A stretch of DNA of 64,000 nucleotides, from assembly GCA_963813535.1 (NCBI GenBank), contig CAWEZH010000002.1, positions 1,728,001-1,792,000 on the forward strand, written 5' to 3'. The translations under genes were made by a program, and so were the position numbers. This DNA is from an uncultured Chloroflexia bacterium (GTDB taxonomy: Bacteria; Chloroflexota; Limnocylindria; Limnocylindrales; CSP1-4). Each line of letters starts with the position of its first letter. Positions within the stretch are counted from its first letter, which is position 1. This document shows positions 48,113 through 58,155 of the stretch, one piece after another. Below the pieces are notes generated by a model. That model saw nothing but the letters and a program-made list of their open reading frames with translations. It searched no databases and was not told where the DNA came from.

Positions 48113-48660
48113 GACGTGCCGTCTGGCGGCGGACCGCCGCTTGGCTCTGGTTCGTCCGGTCGCGGGCGGCCGGATCGCAGGCCGCCGGATCGCGGGCCCC
48201 GGCCCATCGCTGAGGCGATCAGCACCACACCGATGGCGACCAAAACCAGCGGCCAGACCCAGTCGAAGTCGATCTGCGGCAGGAATTCGCGAACGAGGAA
48301 GAACGCGCCGAGCAGGACGAGGAATCCACCGAACAGCACGCCCATCGGCAGGCCGCCCCGATCCGTCCTGGCGGGCGGCCGGCTCGGGCGGGCCACGGCT
48401 CCGGTCGAGTCCGCGGCTTGGCTCGTCTCGGCGAGCGCCCGCGATCCGCTGCCTGCGTCCGGGCCGAAGACCTCGTCCTCGTCCGGCACGACGACGGCCA
48501 TGATGATGTACACGATCAGGGCGATGCCACCGGTGAAGATCACGAGGAGTGCCCACAGGACCCGGACCAGCGAGGGGTCGGCTCCCCACATCTCGGCAAG
48601 GCCGCCGGCGACGCCAGCGAGCATGCGGTCGCGGCGCGAGCGATAGAGTCGCTTCGACAT
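48109..48660 (-). CDS. PspC domain protein
   Basis: MSKRLYRSRRDRMLAGVAGGLAE...YIIMAVVVP, plus C-terminal LiaF-like helices. Confidence 0.92.
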   Translation of the reverse strand: MSKRLYRSRRDRMLAGVAGGLAEMWGADPSLVRVLWALLVIFTGGIALIVYIIMAVVVPDEDEVFGPDAGSGSRALAETSQAADSTGAVARPSRPPARTDRGGLPMGVLFGGFLVLLGAFFLVREFLPQIDFDWVWPLVLVAIGVVLIASAMGRGPRSGGLRSGRPRPDEPEPSGGPPPDGTS

Positions 48661-49613
48661 CAGCAGCCACCTGCCGGGTCGAGCGTGAAGTTCGCGGCGT
48701 TGCCCTCGATCGAGAGATCGATCACCGGAGCTCCGACCGCGCCCTCACGGGTCCAGACGTCGCCGCTCCGGACGAGGCCGCGGTCGTCGAGGTCGTGGGC
48801 GAACGTCAGCTGCTCTTCGACGCGGAAGCGAAGCGTGGCGTCGGGCGGCACGCACAGCTCCATGGCGCCCGCGTTGGCCGACATCGACCCAGTCGTATCT
48901 GCGTCGACGCGCAAACGGATGCGCCCGGCGTTGGTCGAGACGTCGATCCGACCAAGGCTGCCATCCGTCCCGTCGATACGGGCTTCACCTGCATTCAGGT
49001 CCACGACCAGGGTCGTCAACTCCGCCCCAGCCAGGCTGGCCGTCACCGAGCTGGCATTGGCGTCGAGCTCGAGCTCCTGAAGCTGGTCGGCCGGCAAGGC
49101 GACGGTCCATTCCTGCCGACGCAGTCCGAAGCCATCGGGCGAGCGCAGGCCCAGTGCCTGATCGGACAGCTCGAGCGTGGGTGGTTCGTCCTGGTAGTCG
49201 GCCTGGACGCGCCAATCGCTGCCGGATCGGACGGATAGGTCGAGCGAGCCGCAGTCAAGATCCATGTGCGAGGTCATCCGACCTGAGAACGTGCCTGCCT
49301 GCTCGAACGTCTGGTCCGTCCCGGAGCCACCCGCGCCACAGCCACCGGCGTTGCCGATCCAGTTCGCCCCGGAGGCGAGGACGCCACCGGCGGCCAGCCC
49401 GAGCACCACCGCAGCGACGACCGTGCCGAGGATGCCGGCTGAGGTCCGCCCGAGGATCAGGGAGATGCCGAGGGCGACGAGCAATAGCGGCCAGAGGCGC
49501 CACAGGTCTGCGAGCGCATTCGGGTCGAGCACGCCGGCCCGTACGAGCAGGGGCAGACCACCAAGCAGGAGGAAGAAGATGCCCCAAAACAGGAGGCCGG
49601 GTCGGATCCGCAT
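48660..49613 (-). CDS. DUF5668 (LiaI/LiaF-like) membrane protein with beta-solenoid domain
   Basis: LFWGIFFLLLG, LWRLWPLLLVALG and repeated NAG/NAS strands. Confidence 0.75.
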   Translation of the reverse strand: MRIRPGLLFWGIFFLLLGGLPLLVRAGVLDPNALADLWRLWPLLLVALGISLILGRTSAGILGTVVAAVVLGLAAGGVLASGANWIGNAGGCGAGGSGTDQTFEQAGTFSGRMTSHMDLDCGSLDLSVRSGSDWRVQADYQDEPPTLELSDQALGLRSPDGFGLRRQEWTVALPADQLQELELDANASSVTASLAGAELTTLVVDLNAGEARIDGTDGSLGRIDVSTNAGRIRLRVDADTTGSMSANAGAMELCVPPDATLRFRVEEQLTFAHDLDDRGLVRSGDVWTREGAVGAPVIDLSIEGNAANFTLDPAGGC

Positions 49614-49731
49614 CTCGAGCGTCCCTTCGTGATGTCGTCTCGACCATGATGCGTCCACGCACCGGAGCGACGTCAAGGGCAGAGGGCACGAGCTCGTCGT
49701 TTTGCGTATCGGCCGGCGATCCTCATCAGCC

Positions 49732-49806
49732 TGGCGAGCCGGGTGGGATTCGAACCCACGACCAAAGGATTAAAAGTCCCCTGCTCTGCCACTGAGCTAC
49801 CGGCCC
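49732..49806 (-). tRNA. tRNA-Lys (TTT)
   Basis: GGGCCGG-TAGCTCAGTGGCAGAGC...GGGA-CTTTTAA-TCC...GGTTCGAATCC...CCGGCTC-GCCA. Confidence 0.97.
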
Positions 49807-49848
49807 GCGAGGGACCGTATCACGTCGTGCGGGCAGGGTTCGGTAGCG

Positions 49849-50382
49849 CTAGGACCGCTTCGAATCGATCGCTGAGATGGCCTCGGCGATGACCACGTCG
49901 AGCGGCTGACTCGCGTCGACCCTGACGCCACGCTCGCCCTCGCCGGGATGCTCGAGGGTCGCGAGTTGCGACTCGAGCAGGCTCGGCGGCATGTAGTGCC
50001 CGGTTCGCGCAGCCAGCCGATCGCGCAACGCGCCCTCGGCAGCGACGAGCTCGACGACGATCGACTCCTCGGGCGGGTTCGCGGAACGGAGCACGTCGCG
50101 GTAGGCGCGCCGCAGGGCTGAACAGGCAAGGACGGTGCTCTCGCCTCGTGCGTGGCGCTCCGCGATCAGCATCGCGAGCGCTTCGAGCCAGGGCCAGCGG
50201 TCGTCGTCGCTCAGGGGGATCCCGGCCGCCATCTTCGCGACGTTGGCTGGCGGGTGGTGGTCGTCACCCTCGATCATCTCGAGCCCCAGCTCACGCGAGA
50301 CGGCGGCCGCGACCGAGCTCTTGCCGCTCCCGGCGGGGCCCATGACGAGGATGTGGATGCAGCCTGGCGATCCGTCGCTCAC
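49849..50382 (-). CDS. gntK: Gluconokinase (GntK/IdnK family)
   Basis: [37 protein letters not shown] and [16 protein letters not shown]. Confidence 0.92.
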   Translation of the reverse strand: MSDGSPGCIHILVMGPAGSGKSSVAAAVSRELGLEMIEGDDHHPPANVAKMAAGIPLSDDDRWPWLEALAMLIAERHARGESTVLACSALRRAYRDVLRSANPPEESIVVELVAAEGALRDRLAARTGHYMPPSLLESQLATLEHPGEGERGVRVDASQPLDVVIAEAISAIDSKRS

Positions 50383-51359
50383 GACGGCGGTGGCACCTCG
50401 GTCGGCAACGGTCGACCGCGCACGCCCGCTACGAGGTTCGCGGCGGCCATCTCGGCCATCTTGCCGCGCGTCGCCCGCGACGCCGACGCGATGTGGGGCA
50501 CGATCAGGCAGTTGGCCAGACCGACCAGCGGGTCATCCATAGGGATGGGCTCAGGATCCGTCACGTCCAGGCCGGCCGCCCAGATGTCGCCATCTCGCAG
50601 CGCTTTCGCCAGGGCGACCTGGTCCACCACCGGACCCCGTGATGTGTTCACCAGCACCGCCGTCGACTTCATCTGACCGAGCGTCTCGGCGTTGATCAGG
50701 TGCCGCGTCACCGGGGACAGGTTCACGTGGAGCGACACGAAATCGCTGCGCGGCAACAGCGCCTCGAGGGGCAGATACGTCGCGCCGAGTGGCTCGGTGA
50801 CGGACGCCGGCAGCGGTTCGAGGTCGTGGTACAGGATCTCCATCCCGAACCCCTGCGCCCGCCGCGCCAACGCCTGGCCGATCCGACCGAACCCGACGAT
50901 CCCGATCGTGGACCCGTGCACGTCCGGCCCGAGCAGCAGGAGCGGGCCCCACGTCTTCCACGACCCGGCGCGCACGAACCGATCGCCTTCGGGCACGCGA
51001 CGGGCGGCGGCCATGAGCAGCGCCCAGGCCAGATCAGCGGTCGTCTCGGTCAGGACGCCCGGTGTGTTGCCGACATGGACGCCGCGCCGCGCGCAGGCTG
51101 CGACGTCGACGTTGTCGAAGCCGACCGCATAGTTGCTCACGACCTTGAGCTGCGGGCCGGCCGCATCGAGGAACTCGTCGTCGACACGGTCGGTCAAGAG
51201 CGTCAGTGCGCCGTCGACACCCGCGATCCGGCGCAGCAGCTCGTCGCGTGGCGGCGGCAGCTCGTCCTCCCACAGGTCCATCTCGCACGCCGCGCGAACG
51301 AGATCGAGCCCCTCTTCGGGGATCCGCCGCGCGACGAATGCCTTCGGGCGGTCAGCCAC
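50379..51359 (-). CDS. D-2-hydroxyacid dehydrogenase (glyoxylate/hydroxypyruvate reductase)
   Basis: [35 protein letters not shown] and PHIASAS. Confidence 0.92.
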   Translation of the reverse strand: MADRPKAFVARRIPEEGLDLVRAACEMDLWEDELPPPRDELLRRIAGVDGALTLLTDRVDDEFLDAAGPQLKVVSNYAVGFDNVDVAACARRGVHVGNTPGVLTETTADLAWALLMAAARRVPEGDRFVRAGSWKTWGPLLLLGPDVHGSTIGIVGFGRIGQALARRAQGFGMEILYHDLEPLPASVTEPLGATYLPLEALLPRSDFVSLHVNLSPVTRHLINAETLGQMKSTAVLVNTSRGPVVDQVALAKALRDGDIWAAGLDVTDPEPIPMDDPLVGLANCLIVPHIASASRATRGKMAEMAAANLVAGVRGRPLPTEVPPPS

Positions 51360-52545
51360 GCCCGAGGCCGGCAACGAAACGGCCCATCCGACCGAGCGCC
51401 TCGCTCAGGTTCTCGCGGGAATTGGCGTACGAGATCCGGATGTGATCGGTGCCGACCCCGCCGAACGCGGTGCCGGCAAGGACGCAGACGTCGTGATCGA
51501 CGAGGAGCCGCTCCGCGAATTCAGCCCCGGACAGGCCCGTGCCCGAGATGTCGGGGAAGGCATAGAAGGCCCCGAGCGGTGTCGCGCAACGGATCCCATC
51601 GATCTCGTTGAGGCCGTTGACGACCAGGTCACGTCGGGCCTTGAACTCCACGACCATCGCGTCCACGTCGTCCTGCGGCCCGACGAGGGCCTGGACCGCA
51701 CCGATCTGCGCGAACGTCGGCGCGCACGAGATCGTGTTGATGATCAGCTCGGAGTAGGTCGGGACGAGCGATTCGGGCACGACCGAATAGCCCAGCCGCC
51801 AGCCGGTCATCGCGAAGGTCTTCGAGAAGCCGTCGAGCAGGATGGTCCGCTCGGCCATACCGGGCAGCGACGCGATCGACACGTGCTCCTCGCCGTCGTA
51901 CAGGATCCGACCGTAGATCTCATCGGTCATGACCCACAGGTCGTGCTCCTGGGCGAGCTCGGCGATGCGCTGCAGGTCGGCCCGCGTCAGCACGCCACCC
52001 GTCGGGTTGGCCGGCGAGTTGATGATCAACAGCTTGGTCCGAGGCGTGATCAGGCGGGCCAGCTCCTCGACATCGAGACGGAAGCCGTTGTCCATCCGGA
52101 TCGGGATGGGCACAGGCGTCGCGCCGACGAAGCGCGTCAGCGACTCGTAGATCGGGTAGCCCGGGTCCGGAACGATCACCTCGTCGCCCGGATCGATCAG
52201 GCCGAGGATGGCGTACAGCATCACGCCCTTGCCGCCGACCGTGACGAACACCTGCGACGGGTCCGCCGGGAACCCCTTCCGCCGCGTCACGTCCTCGGCG
52301 ATCGCCGTGCGCAGCTCCGGGATGCCTGGGAACGGCGCGTAATGGGTGGCGCCGTCGTCGAGGGCTCGCTTGGCGGCCTCGCGGACGTGGGCGGGCGTGT
52401 CGAAGTCGGGCTCACCGATCTGGAGGTGGATCATCGGTCGGCCTTCGGCCTCGAGCGCGCGTGCCCGCGCGCTGACTGCGAACGCACCCTCGGTGCCGAT
52501 CGTGTTCATCCGAGCGGCGACCCCGCGGACTGACGAGACGGACAT
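51352..52545 (-). CDS. Class I/II PLP-dependent aminotransferase (AspAT-like)
   Basis: [35 protein letters not shown] and RISYA. Confidence 0.93.
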   Translation of the reverse strand: MSVSSVRGVAARMNTIGTEGAFAVSARARALEAEGRPMIHLQIGEPDFDTPAHVREAAKRALDDGATHYAPFPGIPELRTAIAEDVTRRKGFPADPSQVFVTVGGKGVMLYAILGLIDPGDEVIVPDPGYPIYESLTRFVGATPVPIPIRMDNGFRLDVEELARLITPRTKLLIINSPANPTGGVLTRADLQRIAELAQEHDLWVMTDEIYGRILYDGEEHVSIASLPGMAERTILLDGFSKTFAMTGWRLGYSVVPESLVPTYSELIINTISCAPTFAQIGAVQALVGPQDDVDAMVVEFKARRDLVVNGLNEIDGIRCATPLGAFYAFPDISGTGLSGAEFAERLLVDHDVCVLAGTAFGGVGTDHIRISYANSRENLSEALGRMGRFVAGLGRG

Positions 52546-52584
52546 CGGGTGGACCTCCCCGTTTGCGGTGACGGTGAAGCGGTT

Positions 52585-53502
52585 CTACGGCAGCAGCGAG
52601 CGGATCGCGAAGGCCACGTTCGCCGGGCGTTCGGCCAGCCGGCGCATGTACCACGGGTACCAGGCGTCGCCGTAGGCGATGAGCGTCTGGACCCGGTAGC
52701 CGGCCTTGGCGAGTCGATATTGCTCCCGTGACCGGATCCCGTACAGCATCTCGACCTCGAACCCATCCCGCGGGACACCCGCCGGGTCGACCTGCTCGGC
52801 GATCTGCTCGACCAGCGCGACGTCGTGGGTGCCCAGGCCGAGCCGGATCGACCGACCGCGGCCGGTCTTGAGGATGTCGACCGCGATCGACAGGTAGCTC
52901 GCATCGACCTGACGCTTGTCGCGATACGCGATCGACGCCGCCTCGTCGTAGGCGCCCTTCACGAGCCGGATCGAGGGGTCGAGCGGCCGCAACCGCTCGA
53001 CGTCCGATGGCGTGCGCTTGAGGTATGCCTGCAGGCAGATCCCCGTCCGCGGGTGCTCGGCTCGGAGCCGTTCATACAGGGCGATGGTGGCCTCGACGTA
53101 GTCGCTGCCCTCCATGTCGATCCAGAGGTACGACCCCGTCGCCTCCGCCTTCTGCGCGAGACGGACGAGGTGCGTCAGGGTCCGCTCCGGGTCGAGGTCG
53201 AGGCCCAGCTGGGTGGGCTTGACCGAGACTTCGCCCCGGTAGCCGCGAGCCGCGATCGCATCGAAGACACCGACATAGTGGTCGGCGACGGCATCGGCCT
53301 CCTCGAGATTGGTGAGGTTCTCACCCAGCCGCGTGTACATGGTCCCGATGCCTGCCGCCTCGAGCGGCGCGGCGGCGTCGAGTGCCGCTTCGAGGCTCTC
53401 ACCGGGCATGAAGCGCCGCACCGCCCGCTTCATGAATCGGAACTGCGGAAGGTGCTCCTTGAGCCAGCCGTTCCGCGCGGCCCACAGGAAGACGCGTCGC
53501 AT
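52585..53502 (-). CDS. Monofunctional proline dehydrogenase
   Basis: RRFMPGE, SVKPTQLG, IDME, CLQAYL, RLVKGAY, GTHD, EMLYGIR and WYMRRLAERPAN. Confidence 0.94.
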   Translation of the reverse strand: MRRVFLWAARNGWLKEHLPQFRFMKRAVRRFMPGESLEAALDAAAPLEAAGIGTMYTRLGENLTNLEEADAVADHYVGVFDAIAARGYRGEVSVKPTQLGLDLDPERTLTHLVRLAQKAEATGSYLWIDMEGSDYVEATIALYERLRAEHPRTGICLQAYLKRTPSDVERLRPLDPSIRLVKGAYDEAASIAYRDKRQVDASYLSIAVDILKTGRGRSIRLGLGTHDVALVEQIAEQVDPAGVPRDGFEVEMLYGIRSREQYRLAKAGYRVQTLIAYGDAWYPWYMRRLAERPANVAFAIRSLLP

Positions 53503-54275
53503 CAGGGCAGGCCCCGCACCATGCCGCCGTCGACCGGCACGATCGCGCCGGTCAGGTAGGACGCTGCCGGTGACAGCAGGAATGCGCCGACACGACCCAG
53601 CTCGGCCGGCTCGCCATAGCGACCGATCGGGATCCTGGCGATCGTCGCGGCGCGGACCTGGTCGGTCGACTGGCCGGTCCGCTTCGCGGTCGACTCCTCG
53701 ACCTCGATGATGCGCGGCGTCGTGAATCGGCCGGGCGCGAGTCCGTTGATCCGCACAGGGACGATCTCGGCGCTGAGCGACTTGATGAGGCCCATCAGGC
53801 CGGGGCGGATCGTGTTGGATGCGGTCAACCCGGGGATCGGCTCCCTGGCCGACGATGAGAGGATCACGAGGATCGACGGGCGGTCGCTCGCCCGCAGGTG
53901 TGGGAGCGCAGCACGAATGAGCCGGATCGCGCCCTTGAGCGTGCCATCGATCGCGCGCTCCCAGGCCGCCTCGTCCAGGTCGTTGAACGTTCCAGGAGAG
54001 GGCCCGCCGGAGTTCACGAGCACGAGGTCCAGGCCGCCGAATGCCGCGACGGACCGCTCGACCGCGTCCGCGGGGCCTTCGCGGCTTTCGAGATCGGCGC
54101 CGATGGCGATAGCACCGTCGACCCCTGACGCCGCGGTCTCGAGACGGTCGGATGGGCGAGCCACCAGGGCGACCCGGGCACCCTCTCCCGCCAGCGCAGA
54201 CCCGACGGCGAGTCCGAGTCCGCTCGACCCTCCCCCCACCAGCGCACGTGCACCGTCCAGACCCAGGTCCAACAC
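53502..54275 (-). CDS. SDR family oxidoreductase
   Basis: GGSSGLG, VNSGGP, SNTIR (the Tyr-less BKR-like subgroup) and VDGG. Confidence 0.9.
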   Translation of the reverse strand: MLDLGLDGARALVGGGSSGLGLAVGSALAGEGARVALVARPSDRLETAASGVDGAIAIGADLESREGPADAVERSVAAFGGLDLVLVNSGGPSPGTFNDLDEAAWERAIDGTLKGAIRLIRAALPHLRASDRPSILVILSSSAREPIPGLTASNTIRPGLMGLIKSLSAEIVPVRINGLAPGRFTTPRIIEVEESTAKRTGQSTDQVRAATIARIPIGRYGEPAELGRVGAFLLSPAASYLTGAIVPVDGGMVRGLP

Positions 54276-54365
54276 GCTCCTCCTGCCGCCCGATGGTACG
54301 CGACCGATACGTCCTCACGGGGCGTCGGCGCGGGGCTTCTGGGCGGCCGGGCTAGAATCACCGCG

Positions 54366-54773
54366 ATGACCACGTTCTTCGACATCGACGCGGCGAACCA
54401 GGCCCTCGAGGAAGTCGGGCCACTGCTGGCGACGCTCGCCGACCAGCGCGCGGAGCTCATCCGCCTGCGGGATCGGACCCTGGCGGCGCATGCATCGGCG
54501 ACCGGCGGCGGTCCCGATCTCGATCCCGAGGAGGCGCAGCGGATCCGCCTGCGGATGCAGGGCATCGTCGACCAGATGGCCGCCGCGGTCGCACGCATCG
54601 ACGCACTCGGCATCACCCTCCGCGATATCGAGCACGGCCTGATCGACTTCCCGGCACTCGTGAGCGGTCGTCAGGTCTGGCTGTGCTGGGAACTCGGCGA
54701 GGACGCCATCGGGTTCTGGCACGCGATCGACACCGGGTTCGAGTCGCGTCGACCGCTGGCCGAGCTCGTATGA
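54366..54773 (+). CDS. DUF2203 family protein
   Basis: FDIDAANQAL...GLIDFP...LCWELGE...FWH...GFESRRPL. Confidence 0.9.
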   Translation: MTTFFDIDAANQALEEVGPLLATLADQRAELIRLRDRTLAAHASATGGGPDLDPEEAQRIRLRMQGIVDQMAAAVARIDALGITLRDIEHGLIDFPALVSGRQVWLCWELGEDAIGFWHAIDTGFESRRPLAELV

Positions 54774-55189
54774 CCGCCCGCCAGGTCGTCGTCGGCGAGG
54801 ACGGTCGGGCGAAGGTCTACCGGCCACTCCCCGACGAGGTCCGCATCGCCGCGGTCCGGGCCGGTCTCGAGGCGTATGGGGCGGGCGACTTCTTCGAGGC
54901 GCATGAACACATGGAACCGGCCTGGATGGGCACGGCCGACCTTGCCGAACGAAACCTCATCCAGGGACTCATCAAGGTCGCCGCCGCCGACGTGCATGCG
55001 GTGCGCGGCAACCCGCCCGGCATCCGCCGGAACCTCGAGGGCGCTCGCGACCGATTGCGCTCCGGCGTCGGTGGGTCGATCACCGGCGTCGACCTCGACG
55101 TCGATGGTCTTCTTGCCGCGATCGACACGAGACTGGCGGGCACGACTGACCTGTCCACGCCCATCACCATCGGATGGAGGATGCGATGA
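54770..55189 (+). CDS. DUF309 family protein
   Basis: GDFFEAHEHMEPAW...LIQGLIKVAAA...H...GN. Confidence 0.88.
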   Translation: MTARQVVVGEDGRAKVYRPLPDEVRIAAVRAGLEAYGAGDFFEAHEHMEPAWMGTADLAERNLIQGLIKVAAADVHAVRGNPPGIRRNLEGARDRLRSGVGGSITGVDLDVDGLLAAIDTRLAGTTDLSTPITIGWRMR

Positions 55190-55554
55190 CCGCAGGCCCC
55201 GGGACCCCATCGATCGACGCGACGGAGGCCGAGCGCCGCCTGCGCGAGGACCCCGATCAACCGCTACTGGTCGATGTGCGTGAGCAGCACGAGTTCGACG
55301 AGGTCCGCGCGCCGGGCGCGGTGTTGATGCCGATGTCGACGTTCGCGACACGGGCCGGCGAGCTGCCGACGGACCGGCCGCTGATGATCGTGTGTCACAC
55401 GGGCGCCCGATCCTCGGCCGTCACCGGCTTCCTCGTGCGCTCGGGCCGGACCGATGTGGTCAACGTCGCCGGCGGGATGGAGGCGTGGGAGCGCGGCGGG
55501 TTGCCGGTCAGGCATGGCACACCGGAAGCCGGCGAGGGCGCCCTGCCAGGTTGA
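55186..55554 (+). CDS. Rhodanese-like domain protein
   Basis: LVDVREQHEF, VCHTGARS and NVAGGMEAW. Confidence 0.92.
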   Translation: MTAGPGTPSIDATEAERRLREDPDQPLLVDVREQHEFDEVRAPGAVLMPMSTFATRAGELPTDRPLMIVCHTGARSSAVTGFLVRSGRTDVVNVAGGMEAWERGGLPVRHGTPEAGEGALPG

Positions 55555-55585
55555 CTCGGAGTCGCCCGGCCGGCGCAGCGGCGGG

Positions 55586-57049
55586 CTAGCGGACCCGCCG
55601 GATGACGCGGGAGACGAGGGCGCGAGCCTGCGGCTTGTGCGCGTACGCCCAGCCGATGATGATCAGGATGATGAAGTTGACCGTGCCCACGCCGGCAGCG
55701 TTCAAGTAGCCGAGCTGCTGGCCGATCTCGCCGTCGATCTTGAGCCCCGGGACGGTGGCGCCGAACGGACCGAGCTGGAAGAACGGCGAGGTCGGTGAGG
55801 TGTTCGACCGCAGGCTCGACGTCAGGATCTCGTCGGCCGACTCGCCGCCGACGAGGACGGCGTTCGGGCCGGTCACGAGGGCGCTGGATCCTGTCAAGCC
55901 ATACGGGAGGTCACTCTGTGGCAGGTGGGTCCACTCGAGGACCGTACCGTCGCTCGTCGGGATCGACCAGAAGACCTCGGGCCGGGGGCCTTCGCTGTCG
56001 GCCCCGCCCATGATGTAGAGCGTCCCGTTGGCGGTGTATCCAGCAGCGTCGTCACGTGCAGCCGGCAGGTTCCACGCGTTGTCGATGTCCCAACCGATGA
56101 CCTTGCCCTGCTCCGGGTTCTCCGGGAAGCCCTCGGGGGCCTCGAGCCCGATCCTGCCGCGCTGGACCGCCCCGACGGGACCGGCTTCGTCATGGCCGCC
56201 ATACAGCCAGATGAAGTCGCCGACGACCGCTCCGAGAGCGTCGGCCTGCGGGCGCGCGAGCGGAGCCTCCACTTCCCACTCACCGAGCGCACCCTGGGCA
56301 TCCAGCGGGCTCTTGTACGTCGTGGTGACCGGGCCGTTCTCGCCTTCCCCGCCGACCACGACCAGGCCGTCGGCCGTAGAGAGCGCCACGGCCTGGGCGA
56401 GCGGTTCGGGCAGGGCCAGATCATCGACCGGCTGCCATTCCCCGAGGACGCTCGTGGCCGGATCGGCGGCGATCGAGAAGACGGTCGTTGTCGGTGCGCC
56501 GTCGGCGTCGTAGCCGCCGATCACGTACACCGTGCCGGACACCGACGTCACGGCTGCATCGCTGCGCGGCTCGGGCAGCTCCGGCCCCGGCTGCCACGTG
56601 TCGAAGTTGCCGGTGCCCGACGTCTGCGCGACATACACCGTGGAGGTGGCGGCCTCGCCGTCCGATCCGCCGATGTACAGGATCTGCGCGCCGAGCTGGA
56701 GCGCCGTCCCGTCGGTCCGCGGTTCGGGCAGTGCGAGCTCGGAGGGGGACGGATGCCATGGCACCAGGGCCCCGCGCGGCGCCGGGCACGGCAGCGTCTC
56801 GTTCTCCGACGAGCAGAGATTGATCGGGGACCAGACGAGCAGACCGAGATCGACGGTCCGGTTCACCGTGAAGTAGTAGGCGCGGTCTGGGAGGTAGCCC
56901 AGCATCAGGAGGATGATGATCAGCCAGACGAACGACTTGAGGCTCGCCCACGCCCAGCCGTCTGCGTCGAGCAACCCGAACATCGCGCGCCGCTTGGGCA
57001 CGACCAGCCCTGGCCCGAGGGCGGGACGCGTGGTCCCTGCGGCGCTCAT
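55586..57049 (-). CDS. Membrane-anchored Kelch-repeat protein
   Basis: N- and C-terminal TM segments and about six Kelch blades (LPEPR...YIGG/VIGG/LYGG/IMGG...W). Confidence 0.85.
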   Translation of the reverse strand: MSAAGTTRPALGPGLVVPKRRAMFGLLDADGWAWASLKSFVWLIIILLMLGYLPDRAYYFTVNRTVDLGLLVWSPINLCSSENETLPCPAPRGALVPWHPSPSELALPEPRTDGTALQLGAQILYIGGSDGEAATSTVYVAQTSGTGNFDTWQPGPELPEPRSDAAVTSVSGTVYVIGGYDADGAPTTTVFSIAADPATSVLGEWQPVDDLALPEPLAQAVALSTADGLVVVGGEGENGPVTTTYKSPLDAQGALGEWEVEAPLARPQADALGAVVGDFIWLYGGHDEAGPVGAVQRGRIGLEAPEGFPENPEQGKVIGWDIDNAWNLPAARDDAAGYTANGTLYIMGGADSEGPRPEVFWSIPTSDGTVLEWTHLPQSDLPYGLTGSSALVTGPNAVLVGGESADEILTSSLRSNTSPTSPFFQLGPFGATVPGLKIDGEIGQQLGYLNAAGVGTVNFIILIIIGWAYAHKPQARALVSRVIRRVR

Positions 57050-58116
57050 CCGGCGGTCAGGGTGCCGGTCATGTTCGGATGGACGGAACAGTTGAACGGG
57101 TAGTCACCGGCGTCGAGCGCGGGCACGGAGTAATCGACCTCGGTCGGGCCAGTGACGATCTCGCCGGTGAACACGCTCGTCCCGCTGCCGTCCTTGATCT
57201 CGACGTTGTGGGGGACACCGTCCTCCGTGTTGGCGAAGTGGATGACAAAGGCCTCGCCGGCCGGTGCGGTCGCTTCCGACTGGTCGAACGCGCTGCTCGA
57301 GCTCGCCGAGATATCGACGACCTGGGCGTTCGGATCGATCGACTGCGCCGGGCCCGGACTCTGGCTGCTGCCGCCGGTCAACTCGTCCGTCCAGCAGTCC
57401 GGGAATGGGGTGGCCCCCGGCTCGGGCAGGTAGTTCGGATCGCGCCACCCGGTGAACGTCAGGACCTTCCCGGTCTGCGGGTCGATCTTCGGGTCGAGCA
57501 GGTGCTCGTCGCGGACGATGTACTCGCGGTCGTTCGTCGCCAGGAGGAACGCGACGAGCTCCTCGACCTGACGATAGTTCAGCGGTCCGGGCGGATTGCC
57601 CTCGTTCGACCAGACGGGCATCTTCGACTTCGGGTCACCACAGACGTACCGACCACCGACGGTCAGCACGTTCCGGATATAGGCCTCGCTCAGGTGGGCG
57701 AAGAGCTTGTCCTGACGGTTCAGGGTCGGCCCCTCCCCGCCCTCGCCGTCCACCCCGTGGCACCGCGCGCAGTTCGCCTGATAGACGTTGTATCCACGCT
57801 CGACTCGTGAGACCTGCTGGGCATCGATCTCCTGGGCCTGTCGGGCCACGGTCAGCCCGCCCGGGGCACCCAGCTCATAGAACCAGTACAGCGAGATGAA
57901 CAGGATGATGACGATGACCGCCAGGAACCCGACCCACCGAGCGTTCGCCGACTGGCGGACGACCTGGGCCGCGCGCTCCGGCGTGAACTCGGTCTTGCGC
58001 ACCGGCGGTGGCGAGGTGAACCGTTCGACGAGCGAGCGATCCTCGGGCGGGCGCACGGCTGGCAGACGCTGCTCGGGCGCGCCTTCCTCCGGCTCCCGTC
58101 CGGGCGTATCGGTCAT
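57046..58116 (-). CDS. Membrane-anchored monoheme cytochrome c fused to cupredoxin
   Basis: TM, CARCH, axial Met candidate KMP, and C-terminal PHNVEI...CSVHPNM. Confidence 0.9.
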   Translation of the reverse strand: MTDTPGREPEEGAPEQRLPAVRPPEDRSLVERFTSPPPVRKTEFTPERAAQVVRQSANARWVGFLAVIVIILFISLYWFYELGAPGGLTVARQAQEIDAQQVSRVERGYNVYQANCARCHGVDGEGGEGPTLNRQDKLFAHLSEAYIRNVLTVGGRYVCGDPKSKMPVWSNEGNPPGPLNYRQVEELVAFLLATNDREYIVRDEHLLDPKIDPQTGKVLTFTGWRDPNYLPEPGATPFPDCWTDELTGGSSQSPGPAQSIDPNAQVVDISASSSSAFDQSEATAPAGEAFVIHFANTEDGVPHNVEIKDGSGTSVFTGEIVTGPTEVDYSVPALDAGDYPFNCSVHPNMTGTLTAG

Positions 58117-58155
58117 CGGTCTCCTCGATCGACGATGGGTCGCGTCACGGCACGC

